DNA from: Longimicrobiales bacterium
GTDB taxonomy: Bacteria; Gemmatimonadota; Gemmatimonadetes; Longimicrobiales; Gaopeijiaceae
Direction of reading: 5' to 3'
DNA: 64,000 nt
Assembly (NCBI GenBank): GCA_965226375.1
Contig: CBDDCX010000008.1
Location: forward strand, 1,888,001-1,952,000
A model generated the notes under the pieces. That model worked only from the letters and a program-made list of their open reading frames with translations, made no database searches and had not been told where the DNA came from. Of this stretch, positions 63,497 through 64,000 are shown one piece after another. Each line of letters starts with the position of its first letter. Positions within the stretch are counted from its first letter, which is position 1. The position numbers and the translations under genes are program-made.

Positions 63497-63952
63497 ATGG
63501 ACACGCCATCGGACCCTTCTTCCCCTCTCGGCCGCGCTGCGGCTCTTTGTCTCAGGCTGGCCCTCGCGACAGCCTTCCTCTCCGCGGTAGCCGACCGTTT
63601 CGGCCTCTGGGGCGAGCGCGGTGACCCGGGCGTGGCCTGGGGTGATTTCGATCACTTCCTGACCTATACGGCGTCCCTGTTGCCGTTTCTGCCCGAAGCG
63701 GGAGTGACACTCATCGGGTGGACGGCGACCGTTTCCGAGGTGGTTCTGAGCCTGGCTCTTCTGGTAGGGTTCAAAGTGCGGGCGGCGGCCGCCGGAAGCG
63801 GCCTGTTACTCCTGACCTTTGCGCTGGGCATGGTGCTGGGGGACGGTCCGAAGGCTCCTCTGGACGCCTCCGTGTTTACCGCGTCGGCCGGCGCACTCCT
63901 GTTATGCGTGTATCCACAGAGTTATCTGAGCCTGGATGGGAGAGGCCGCTAG
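63497..63952 (+). CDS. DoxX family membrane protein
   Basis: LRLALATAFLSAVADRFGLWG..VAWGDF..YT. Confidence 0.85.
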   Translation: MDTPSDPSSPLGRAAALCLRLALATAFLSAVADRFGLWGERGDPGVAWGDFDHFLTYTASLLPFLPEAGVTLIGWTATVSEVVLSLALLVGFKVRAAAAGSGLLLLTFALGMVLGDGPKAPLDASVFTASAGALLLCVYPQSYLSLDGRGR

Positions 63953-64000
63953 GGTCTCAGCGCTGGCCGCGGCAGGCGCGGAGGTCGTGGCCGCCGACGA

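Overview
GC-rich bacterial window. The gene families (expanded 'MSDPVARLNAALEGRY' Ser/Thr kinases, PadR-ADOP permease pairs, DUF5916, DUF3179, HEAT and TPR lipoproteins) suggest Gemmatimonadota; this is inference. The ends (1-12 kb, 55.8-64 kb) hold mostly intact genes. These include a three-gene phospholipid operon with a Tam41-like cytidylyltransferase, TonB, peptidases, an AAC(6')-like GNAT and an ArsC-family selenoprotein hidden by an in-frame TGA (UxxC plus SECIS-like hairpin). The centre (about 12-55 kb) is a decaying, recombination-rich mosaic. It has four broken ADOP permeases (three with PadR) and five copies of one kinase 5' end, three of which share a ~130 bp leader. It also has a triple-nested IS256/IS256/IS1595 stack with all target duplications intact, an IS3 splitting a TolB-like gene, and a complete group IIC intron behind a terminator. 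Three attC-like remnants and a 42-bp direct repeat that brackets unrelated lipoprotein genes like a cassette array are also present, as are soxR and a near-consensus SoxR-box promoter. No rRNA, tRNA or CRISPR array was seen.
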